Below, in pieces: positions 53,101 through 64,000 of a stretch of 64,000 nucleotides of DNA. Source of the stretch: Octopus vulgaris (taxonomy: Eukaryota); contig OX597831.1 of assembly GCA_951406725.2 (NCBI GenBank), positions 25,110,001 through 25,174,000 on the forward strand, given 5' to 3'. Every line of letters starts with the position of its first letter. Within the stretch, counting starts at the first letter, position 1. Under the pieces are notes generated by a model. The model was not told the DNA's origin. It did no database searches and saw nothing but the letters and a program-made list of their open reading frames with translations. The position numbers were made by a program, and so were the translations under genes.

Positions 53101-53439
53101 GGGACACCTTTAAATCATTGCATGATTGATTTTAATATGTAATAAGGTTGTTACATACCCAGCCACTCATCTGTCAGTTACATTATAAGATACGTAGTTC
53201 GAATTCTGATGGCATACGGGCAAAAATGATTGATGGACACTGAACTGAAATTGAACCTTCCTCTGTGGCATGTCACATATTGTCTGGTGGGTGGTAAATT
53301 AATGATGTGCAAAATAAAACGCTATCGGAATCTCAATGAAATATCTGTAGTGAAGTTTGAACTTTTAGCTCGTAAACACCCATCATCATTATCATTTAAC
53401 GTTTGTTTTCCATGCTGGCATGGGTTGGATGGTTTGACA

Positions 53440-54034
53440 TGAGCTGGCAGAAACGTTAGCACGCTGGGCAAAATACTTAGCGGTATTTTGTCTGCCGCTA
53501 CATTCTGAGTTCAAATTCCGCCGCGGTCAACTTTGCCTTTCATCCTTTCGGGGTCGATTAAATAAGTACCAGTTATGCACTGGGGTCGATATAATCGACT
53601 TAATCCGTTTGTCTGTCCTTGTTTGTCCCCTCTGTGTTTAGCCCCTAGTGGGTAGTAAAGAAATAGGTATTTCGTCTGCCGTTACATTCTGGGCTCAAAT
53701 TCCCCCGAGGTCAACTTTGCCTTTCATCCTTTCCGGGTCAATTAAATAAGTACCAGTTATGCACTGGGGTTGATATAATCGACTTAATCCGTTTGTCTGT
53801 CCTTGTTTGTCCCCTCTGTGTTTAGCCCCTAGTAGGTAGTAAAGAAATAGTATTTCATCTGCCGTTACATTCTGGGCTCAAATTCCCCAGGAGGTCGACT
53901 TTGCCTTTCATCCTTTCAGGGTCGATTAAATAAGTACCAGTAATGCACTGGGGTCGATAAAATCGACTTAATCCATTGGTCTGTCCTTGTTTGTCCTCTC
54001 TGTGTTTAGCCCCTTGTGGGTAGTAAAGAAATAG
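53440..54034 (+). mobile_element. SINE family B tandem trimer inserted in a family D SINE
   Basis: Three units of about 180 bp; family D sequence on both sides (53380-53440 and 54035-54270). Confidence 0.85.
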
Positions 54035-54590
54035 GTTTGACTGAAAACTGGTAAACTGGAGAGCTGCACCATGTTCTATTCTGATTTCACATGGTTTCTA
54101 TGGCTGGATGCTCTTCCTCATGCCAACTACACGAAGAGTGTGATGGGTGCTTGTTATGTACCACCAGCGCACTAGCATTGGCCTTATGATCTCACTTGGC
54201 TTGACAGGTCTTCTCAAGCATGGCATATCATCAAAGGCCTCGGCCACTTGTCATCGCCTCCATGAGGCCCATATTATGGTACTCTGTAAGGTCGCAAGCT
54301 GGCAACATGGTTAGTATGCTGGGAAGAATGCTTAGTGGCATTTCATCCATCTTCACATTCTGAGTTCACATTCCAGCAAGATCAACTTTGTCCTTCATCC
54401 TTTTGAGGTCGATAAGTACCAGTCAAATACTAGGGTTATCTTATCCCTCAAAATTGCTGGTCTTGTACTGTAATTTGAAACCATTGTTTTGGGATTCAAT
54501 ACAGTCTCTCGGCCTGCTAGTAATAGCAGATAACTATTCCTCAAATCATACCCTACTGTCTTAAAATGACTAGACATCTGGGATAATGTA

Positions 54591-54978
54591 CATGGCTGTG
54601 TGGTAAGAAGTTTACTTCCTAACCATATTGTTCTGAGTTCAGTCCCACTGCGTAGCACTTTGGGTAAATGACTATAACCTCAGTCTGACCAAAGCTTTGT
54701 GAGTGGATTTGGTAGGTGGAAACTGAAAGAAGCCCATCGTGTAGCTGTGTATGTGTGTCTTTGTGTCTCTGTTTCTCCATATCACTGCTTGACATCCTGT
54801 GTTAGTGCGCTTACATCCTGGTAAGTTAGCAGTTCAGCAAAAGAGTCCGATAGAATAACTACTAGGCTAAAAATCATAAATGCTAAGGTCTATTTGTTTG
54901 ACGAAAGTTTTTCAAAGTGGTGCCCCAGCATGGCCACAGTCTCACAACTGAAATAAATAAAAGATAAAAGTAAAAGAT
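54591..54978 (+). mobile_element. SINE family A, diverged
   Basis: Head, CORE-like segment and tail recognisable. Confidence 0.7.
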
Positions 54979-55646
54979 ATGAAAAGTGTAAGACAAGATA
55001 ACCCTAAGTGGAACATTTCTGACCATTGGTCATTTGGATAAGAACTGACCTGGGACTAAACAACAATACATATTTAAAAATAATTAATCTTTTCATGTAT
55101 TGCAATGTTCATAGTGTCAATGTAGAACTTGTAATTTCTGCTGTGAAGAAATCAGCAAATAGATCTGCTTCTAAACAGACAGCTATTTCTGAATTATTCC
55201 CAGAAGTCTGGCATTTGTTCCTGACAGCTGGGTTGGGCTGGTAGAGCAAATCTGTCATCCAGCAGAACACCACCATCTCCACCTCCTCTTTGGGTTCCTT
55301 TGGTGAAATCCACTCTGTTGTAAAGGTTTGGATTAGATCTTTGGTCTGAGAATAAATCAATGTCATGATTCATTTCTTCCTAGAGTAACAACACAAAAGT
55401 AGCAGTTTTAGTGGATTGGTAGTCATGAGAATAAAGAACAGTAAGCCTCAAGATATTTGATATTGCACCTTGATGTCCTGAGTTCAAGACCTGCTCAAGA
55501 GAATTTTGCCTTTCATCCTTCTAGGATTGATAAAATAAGTACTTGTAACTGGGTCTCTGCAAAACTTCTTTGAGCAAAAGTCTACTGCTGGAAAATGTAG
55601 ACAAACCTTCCTAGGTCAAGCAAAAAAAAAAAACATAGACAAATAA

Positions 55647-56056
55647 GCATAGGAGTGGCTGTGTGGTAAGTAGCTTGCTAATGAACCACATAGTTCCGGG
55701 TTCAGTCCCACTGCATGGCACTTGGGCAAGTGTCTCCTACTATAGCCTCGGGCCGACCAAAGCCTTGTGTGAGGATTTGGTAGATGGAAACTGAAAGAAG
55801 CCCATCGTATATATGTGTGTGTGTATATGTGTATGTGTGTGTGTGTATGTGTGTGTGTGTATGTGTGTGTGTATGTTTGTGTGTCTGCATTTGTCCTTGC
55901 AACATCGCTTGACAACCGATCCTGGTGTGTTTACATCCCCGTAACTTAGCAGTTTGGCAAAAGAGACAGATAGAATAAGTACTAGACTTACAAAGAATAA
56001 GTCCTGGGATTGATTTGTTCGACTAAAGGCAGTGCTCCAGCAGGGCCACAGTCAAA
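55647..56056 (+). mobile_element. SINE family A
   Basis: Matches 9613-10030. Confidence 0.85.
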
Positions 56057-56672
56057 TCTTCCAAGTGTTCTTGTGAGGTGCAGTGATCCCAGTGTGTAAG
56101 ATGTGGCATCCGACTCAAAACAACGCAAGAAGTTTAATTAAGAGACTCAGCAAAAATTATGGGAAATGTCCTGCTTCTTTGATCATATCATTGAAAAGAA
56201 GTAAAACAGAAGTCTATGGAATAAAGTAGGTGTGTATTTATTTATAGGGTTGGTACTTCAATTATTTGTACAGTCAAGAGACATAATTCACTTTGAACAC
56301 AATGCTTGTTTATAGCAGTTAATTTAACCAAAATATTGTAGTATTTGTTACTGACAGTTAGGAATAAGGTACAGGAAATTAAACAATTTTCTCAGAAACA
56401 TTATGGAATGCTTTGTCATGAATTTTAAATCACAAATCAGGAGCTGATAGCCCACCCACTGTCTTATCAACATAATGACACCACTTTCTTCTCTCCACCT
56501 ATGAAAGTTTCAAGTGACTATTACTTTTACATTAAAAAAAATGTGTGTAGCTCTATAGATATTCATAATTCTTTGGGGACACAGGAACTATATCAATCAC
56601 TTATTAATTTTTTTAAAAATTAGTATATATATATATATATACTCACACACATACACACATATATATATATAT

Positions 56673-56859
<187 letters not shown>

Positions 56860-57556
56860 ATTGAAAAATGTAAATTTCAGATTCTGAAACTTTTGCAGGA
56901 AAAAAAAATTTCAGGAAAATTGGAATTCAAATATGACAGATTTAAAAACTTGTAGTAAAGATATTTTCGAAATGCTGAATTTTGAAATGACAGAAAATGG
57001 TCTAGGAATGATAGAGATGACAAAATAAAAATACTTTAAAATTTTGTTGTTTTTTGAGCAATGATAATTTTTGTATATTAGGGAATACAGTGTAAGTAAG
57101 AGGACTGTGGAAGAAATAGTAAACAGTATTGTGCTTAATTCAAAGCATAACCTTTTTACAACTATATTTCAAAAATCAAATGTATTCTGGTGACATGCTT
57201 TAATTAATTTTTTTTAAAATACAAACAGGAATTTGGAGGGATTTTGTGGAATAGCTAACATGTTCACTTGGAGTCTGGTATCTAGAACAAACAGCTCAAA
57301 GTTCTTTTGTAAAATAATGATAGAAGGTCTTAATTTAAATACAGGTATAATGTACATTGTATCGGCCTAAGATTAATGGGATTTTGTTCTTAGAGGAATT
57401 GTAAAATACAGACACTAATTCAGGGATATTTCACCCATACAAAAACTTGAATAAATTTCAAGAATTTAAGAAGTATGCTTTCTTCTTATCCGAAAGATTG
57501 CTTCTTGGCATTCTAGTGAAGGTGAATGTGTAGTTAACATTTTGTAAAAAAAAACT

Positions 57557-57839
57557 ATTCTTTTATCCTTTTATTTGTTTCAGTCATTTGAATGCGGCCA
57601 TGCTGGAGCACCACCTTTAGTCGAGCAAATCGACCCTAGGACTTATTCTTTTTAAGCCTAGTACTTATTCTATTGGTCTCTATTGCTGAACCACTAAGTG
57701 ATGGGAATGTAAACACACTAGCATCGGTTGTCAAGCGTTTTTGCTCAATAAACACATGCAATGCCTGGTCTGGGAATCAAAATCACGTTCCTCCGGTTGC
57801 GAGTCTGCTGCCCTAACCACTGGGCCATTGCGCCTCCAC
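57557..57839 (-). mobile_element. chimeric SINE: family C head + family A tail
   Basis: 57738-57839 is a family C head; 57557-57737 is a family A 3' half; both on the same strand. Confidence 0.7.
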
Positions 57840-59795
57840 AAAATGATTATTTTAAGAAAGCTAAAATTTTGAATGATGATTTGCAGAAAAAGGAAAGGTG
57901 AAGCTTCTGAGGAAAATATTTTCTAGCCAGCAAAGACTGATTCAAAAAGGTTTAAGAAATGTTTGTATGTAGAAAACATAAAAATGACCAGTGAAGCTGC
58001 CAGTGCTGGTACAGAGGCTGCTGTATATTATGTGAGGCATAATGATTGTGAAAGGCGGCTACTCACCAGAGCAAATAAACAATGTCAATGAAACTGTACT
58101 TTTCTCAAAGCTCATGCTGGCTAAAACATTTACTTCTTGTGAAGAATATTCAGTCCCTGGATTTCAAAGTATCAAAACTTATCTGATGCTTCTTCTAGAC
58201 AGAAAGGTTGTGTAGTGATATGGAATTGCTAGTGTTTATCTCTGAAAATCCCAGCAATTTCAAAATTTAATTTGCCTTTGATTGGGTATTCCAATAAGAA
58301 AGAATGGATGACTAATCGACTTTTTGAAGAGTAATTTACAAGCACTTTTTGTCCTGTTGTAGAACAGTACAATACCAGACATAATATTTCCAACAGACCA
58401 TTGTTCCTTTTAGACAATGCACTGAACAACCCAGAAAGCTTAAGTGAGGTTTCTAATAATACAAGAGTAGAATATATCCCCAACGCTTCTTTGTTCAAGA
58501 AAATGCATCAAGGTGTGGTAGCTAAGTGTTTGAAAGTTCTTGGATAATATATCTGAAAACTTCCAAACAATTGACAGGAAAGGTAGACTTACATTAAGAG
58601 AATTCTGGAAGAAGTTCAATATAATGGATGCTGTAGATAACATCACTGAGTAATGGAATACAATGAAACCTGCATCTTTGAATGATACCTGGATAAATAT
58701 ATTATGGCCAGAATGATTTGCTTGTTTTCCACAAGCAAATAGTCCATTTCGTGTTCGGAAAGATATTGTGACACTTGCAAAAGAAGTAGGGTTTTAAAGA
58801 AATCATAGTGGATGATGTGGTTGAATAGCTAGTGTTCCATAAATGTTTAATCTGATGAGGATTTGAAAGCTGTTAGAATAAGAGGACCAAACTGAGAATA
58901 CAGATCAGAATACAGAAATTCTGTCAACTGTACTTAAATTGACTGCAAACAATATTGCTAAAGGATGACATGTGTGGGTGACAGGTAAAAAGCACCAACC
59001 GATCGTGGCTGTTTGCCAACCTCCTCTGGCCCCTGTGCCAGTGGCACGTAAAAAGCATTCACTACACTCACTGAGCGGTTAACGTTAGGAAGGGCATCCA
59101 GCTGTAGAAACACTGCCAAATCAGACTGGAGCCTGGTGCAGCCTCCTGGCTTCCCAGACCCTGGTCGAACTGTCCAACCCATGCTAGCATGGAAAACGGA
59201 CGTTAAACGATGATGATGAGGATGATAATGACGACAATGGGCACTTAGAGAAAATTCTACAAGCTTTTGCTAGCAAAAACTCTAATTGTGAATGTAACAT
59301 CAAAATTTAAAAGGGTAATTTTCAATGTGTTCAGTTCCTACACTGATCTATCCAAAGAAATGATGCACCATAATCCTCAAACAATTTTGGATAAGTTCTT
59401 TGCTCCTCAAACAGATATTGATGTTGATGTGCTAAAAGAGATGATGTGCACATAAGATGGACTGCAGAGTAGTCAACATCTTTTTTGGTAAAAACGTACC
59501 CTGGTATGAAATTATGATTCTTATTTGTTCCCTAGCATATTTCTCTTCAAATGTTTTCATGTAAATGCATTGTACTGTGTATGTTTACAAATTGGTATTT
59601 TCAAGCATAACAATGGCCATGTTTCATGTTTCTGCTGCTGTTGTTGTTGTTGTTGTTTTTGAAAAAGTCTGTTGGAACACATTATCACTTTACAACATGA
59701 AAATCAATGGAAAAATTAATTTCGTGTTATGAGATTTCATGTTAAAACAAGATTTTCGGGAATGCTTTTACTCTTGTTATATAAGGGACTGCTGC
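57840..59795 (+). pseudogene. decayed Tigger/pogo DDE transposon
   Basis: Frameshifted motifs EAASA, GGYSPEQI.NV.ET, VPGF, SNKKEWMT, LFLLDNA, M.QGVVA and TLREFWKKFNIMDAVDNI; interrupted by a family D SINE. Confidence 0.8.
58965..59236 (+). mobile_element. SINE family D inside the Tigger remnant
   Basis: GTTAGGAAGGGCATCCAGCTGTAGAAAC...GGACGTTAAAC(GAT)n. Confidence 0.8.
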
Positions 59796-60542
59796 ATAAA
59801 CAATTTAAAACAGATGTTTGTGTATAAAAAAAAACCCAGAAGTTATTGCAGGTTGATTAATAATAAAAATGTGAAGTAAGATGTTCTCGGAAGTTAGCCC
59901 TGAAGCAACTGAGATATGTTAAAGAGTGTTCCAGTCAAAACCAGCTCATCTGTCTGTCTGTCTTTTTCTCTTTCTCTCTCTCTCTCTTTCTCTCTTTCTC
60001 TCATTTCTTTCAGGCATTGAGTTTCTTGCACTATGTAATCCAATGTGCCCATCCTATTTTTAAGACATTATATGTGATTTAAGAGAAAATCCTTTACTAT
60101 TTCCAGCAAGTTGAGTGACCATGTAGAGCCTCCCTTAAGTAAATTTCATTGTTTTGTCCCATTCAACCTTCTTCACGAAATAGTTATGGTTAAAGGCATT
60201 CCAGCTACGACCATCCCAGCTTCCTGTATGAATATCAGAGATTTACACTGTCTTTCATTATTTGCATTATTTTGAACCTGGGTTCCCAGGTTTAATATTT
60301 TCCCCAAGAACCTGATAAAAGCTGGAGGGTATATCAGCCAAAACGTTGTGGTAACAACAAACAAGATGAGGACAAATATCCATGAAATGTAAATTATGTA
60401 AATAATGTACATAATTCCTCATCTCTTAATTATAGAACTGTACATTGTCTTTATATTATACAGTTATACATAATTTGAGGGAGACTTCTTGCTATTTCCA
60501 GCTGGCAGAATAACTCTGCTGAGGCTCCCTATAAGGAAGTTT

Positions 60543-60660
60543 CGCAGGTGTGGCTGTGTTGTAAGTTAGGTACGGGAATGGCTGTGTAGTAAGTAGCTTG
60601 CTTACGAACCACATGGTTCCAGGTTCAGTCCCACTGCGTGGCACACAAACATATATACAG

Positions 60661-60702
<42 letters not shown>

Positions 60703-60866
60703 GATGGGCTTTCTTCAGTTTCCGTCTACCAAATCCACTCACAAGGCTTTGGTCGGCCTGAGGCTATAGTAGAAGATACTTGCCCAAGGTGCCACACAGT
60801 GGGACTGAACTCAGAACCATGTGGTTCGTAAGCAAGCTACTTACCACACAGCCACTCCTATGCCTA
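60543..60866. mobile_element. two family A SINE 5' parts in inverted arrangement around (TA)n
   Basis: + strand head at 60543-60642; - strand copy at about 60645-60866. Confidence 0.7.
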
Positions 60867-61044
60867 TTCACATTGTTTTGAACTAATCATGCATTGTCTT
60901 TTAGCTTTGAGATTTTGATGATATGGTTGTTTATTCTTAGAATGACATTGCAGGGTAGGCGTAAGTGGCCTGATCTGGCTAGTTTGAGCATAAAACAGTT
61001 AGAATATTTTGGTCTTCATATGATCCATTCATGCCAAAATGTTA

Positions 61045-61457
61045 TACTCTTTTACTCTTTTACTTGTTTCAGTCATTTGACTGCGGCCATGCTGGAGCAC
61101 CGCCTTTAGTCGAGCAAACCGACCCCGGGACTTATTCTTTTTAAGCCCAGTACTTATTCTATCGGTCTCTTTTGCCGAACTGCTAAGTTACGGGGACGTA
61201 AACACACCAGCATCGGTTGTCAAGCAATGCTAGGGGGACAAACACAGACACGCAAACACACACATACATATATATACATATACATATACATATATACGAC
61301 CGGCTTCTTTCAGTTTCCGTCTACCAAATCCTCTCACACGGCATTGGTCGGCCCAGGGCTATAGCAGAAGACACTTGCCCAAGATGCCACGCAGTGGGAC
61401 TGAACCTGGAACCATGTGGTTGGTTAGCAAGCTACTTACCACACGGCCAATCCTGCG
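61045..61457 (-). mobile_element. SINE family A, full length
   Basis: Reverse complement of 9613-10030. Confidence 0.85.
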
Positions 61458-62035
61458 TAAATTCTTGTGTAAATTCTTTTATAATTAACTATATTGATAC
61501 TAATAACTTACCTGTTGTTTCATCTCAATTTCCACCAAATGTGTGTTTTACAAAAGACTGTAGGGCATAAATTGAGGGAGATTTTTGTTGCCATTTGACC
61601 ATGTAGGGAGTTAATTGAGGGAGATTTGGTTGCTATTAGACTACGTAGAGACTCTGCATTTGGTTTGGTTATTTACATTTGCTGCAAAGGTTTAGCAGTC
61701 TTCGTTACATCTAGGAAACAAAATCGAAATAGATAATGGATATGTAGCAGCTGTAGAAATGGTACCATTTGATCTCATGTCAAGAATCATTAGTATAACA
61801 CAGAAATTCTATTGATTTCAGTGATCAATATGGTAAATTCTATAGAAGACAAACAAAAATGTTGTCTTTAGGATAACTAATTAGTCTGAAACTTAAAAAA
61901 ACCAAAGATATTTCAGCTGTCATTAATCTGTCTTCTATTCAGTATATATATATATATGTGTGTGTATGTGCAAGTGTATATATACATATATGTGTGTGTG
62001 TGTGTATATATATACATATATATATATATACACAT

Positions 62036-62233
62036 GGCGGCGAGCTGGCAGAAACGTTAGTGAGTTCAAATTACGTTGTGAGTTCAAATTCCGCCGAGGT
62101 CGACTTTGCCTTTCATCCTTTCGGGGTCGATAAATAAAGTACCAATTTCGCACTGGGGTCGATGTAATCGACTCAATCCCTTTGTCTGTCCTTGTTTGTC
62201 CCCTCTATGTTTAGCCCCTTGTGGGTAGTAAAG

Positions 62234-62238
<5 letters not shown>
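62036..62238 (+). mobile_element. SINE family B with rearranged head
   Basis: Matches 31867-32098, with a duplicated TGAGTTCAAATT. Confidence 0.8.
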
Positions 62239-62286
<48 letters not shown>

Positions 62287-62536
62287 CGTGTGTATAGGAT
62301 GACAGTACATGGCATCTTTGTACTTTTGCTGTTGTAGACTATGATCAGTCCTGATCCACAAAACTAATGAGTAAAAGCGTTCCACCCATGGCCATTCCAT
62401 TTTATATTTTCATATATAACACACCAAGGACTACATTATGTAATCTGTCCATACTTTTTTGAGTGAGGCATGTAGTTTGAAGGAAATTTGGCTGTTGTTT
62501 CAAGTAGGTTGTTTAAAAATTTTAGTATACTATTTC

Positions 62537-62776
62537 TTACTCTCTCTTACTTGTTTCAGTCATTTGACTGCGGCCATGCTGGAGCACCGCCTTTAATCAA
62601 GCAACTCGACCTCGGGACTTATTCTTCGTAAGCCCAGTACTTATTCTATCGGGTCTCTTTGCCGAACTGCTAAGTGATGGGGACGTAAACACACCAGCAT
62701 CGGTTGTCAAGCGATGTTGGGGGGACAAACACAGATATACAAACTCACATACACACACACACACATACACACACAC

Positions 62777-62815
<39 letters not shown>

Positions 62816-62981
62816 TACGACGGGCTTCTTTCAGTTTCCATCTACCAAATCCACTTACAAGGCTTTGGTCGGCCCGAAGCTATAGTAGTAGACACTTGCC
62901 CAAGGTGCCACACAGTGGGACTGAACCCGGAACCATGAGGCTGGTAAACAAGCTACTTACCACACAGCCACTCCTGCACCT
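62537..62981 (-). mobile_element. SINE family A, full length
   Basis: Reverse complement of 9613-10030. Confidence 0.85.
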
Positions 62982-63328
62982 ATATATTAAGTATTTTTTT
63001 TTAAATATTAACAAACAAGAGTTGAACCAATGAGTAACACTAATGGTTTTTAAGTGCAATTTGAGGGATGGAAATTAGTCAATTGACTAATTTTATAACC
63101 TATGTCTTGACTGGTACTCTGGTACTTTCTTTTATCAATCCTAGAAGGATGAAAAGCTAAAATAAACTCAGCAAGATTTGAACTCAGAATGTACCCAGAA
63201 CAAATGTGCCAAGGCATTTCGTTCAACATCCAAAGAGTCTGACAATCCACGTCCTTTTGTAGACATAAGACCATATATTCCATTTATTCAATCATATTAA
63301 CCTTGGTACTTGGTTGGTACTTTATTCT

Positions 63329-63724
63329 CAAACAGATCTTCTACTCCCAACTCAAAGATGTCAAGCGTACAAAAGGAGGCCAGAAGAAACTCTACAAGGA
63401 CTCCTTGAAAACGAATTTCAAAAAGTGTGACATCGACTTCACTAACTGGGAGGAAACGGCAAAAAACAGACCACTCTGGAAAACCACCATCCATGAGGGA
63501 ACGGCAACTTTCGAGTCGAAAAGGTCTGCAGAGCTGGAGGAGAGAAGACGACGATGGAAGGAGCGCCAACAACAACCACGTGCGACTCTCCCTTCCGGCA
63601 CTAGATGTCCGCACTGCGACCGATCTTTTCAAGCAAGAATTGGTCTTATCGGTCACCTACGGACTCACCAGTAAATTTGCGTGAAGACCATCATCCTCGA
63701 CCTTGAGAGATTGCCATCATCATC
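63329..63724 (+). mobile_element. 5'-truncated RTE-like LINE 3' end with C2H2 zinc finger
   Basis: KQIFYSQL...GGQKKLYKDSLK...WEETAKNRPLW...CPHCDRSFQARIGLIGHLRTH*; (CAT)n tail; 10-bp TSD ACTTTATTCT at 63319-63328 and 63725-63734. Confidence 0.85.
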
Positions 63725-64000
63725 ACTTTATTCTATCAACTTTGCCAGAGGAAAAGCAAAGTTGATTATGGTGAAGTTTGAACTCAGAATCTTAACATAT
63801 GTAACTAAGTACAGCGAGGAATTTTCTTGATGCTCTACTGATTCACCAGTCCATCTCAGTAATAATTGTTCTTTATAATAATACGGTTTCCTTAACTGAA
63901 TATAAAATAAATAAAGATATTTTTTTCTCCTCTGTTTAATCTTGAAAAATCTCTTTTTACATTTACAATGTAAATTTTTAAAAAATAACTTATTCTATAA

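Noticed and set aside
52510-53113. Proline/histidine-rich protein ORFs
   Set aside because: Pure triplet-repeat translations without splice or codon support.
55109-55366. 85-aa ORF, possibly an exon or piggyBac transposase remnant
   Set aside because: Only vague resemblance (DFFTAEI); cannot be supported without a search.
63600-63674. Host C2H2 zinc-finger gene exon
   Set aside because: Single finger at the C-terminus of an RTE ORF, with a tail and TSD.

Overview
AT-rich eukaryotic non-coding DNA with a very high density of repeats. The tRNA-headed SINE families and abundant (TA)n, (CA)n, (TATC)n and (AAT)n microsatellites resemble an Octopus-like coleoid cephalopod genome; this attribution is an inference. 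I can support no intact host gene or exon, and nearly all listed ORFs are microsatellite or SINE artefacts. The window holds dozens of copies from about five SINE families, 3' fragments of RTE and Dong/R4-like LINEs, decayed Tigger, mariner and hAT transposases, and piggyBac-like and Tc1/mariner MITEs. There are four main signals. (1) A strong polypyrimidine-CAG|GTAAG junction at 6860/6861 is a candidate recursive splice site (zero-length exon) and suggests a giant + strand intron. (2) About a dozen minimal type-I hammerhead-ribozyme-like motifs sit in Penelope-like, often fold-back, remnants; they include an A6U core variant and repeated CpG decay of the GAAA core. (3) Several elements target microsatellites. 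(4) SINE trimers at two loci share the same junction. All coordinates were read by eye and edges may be off by a few bases.
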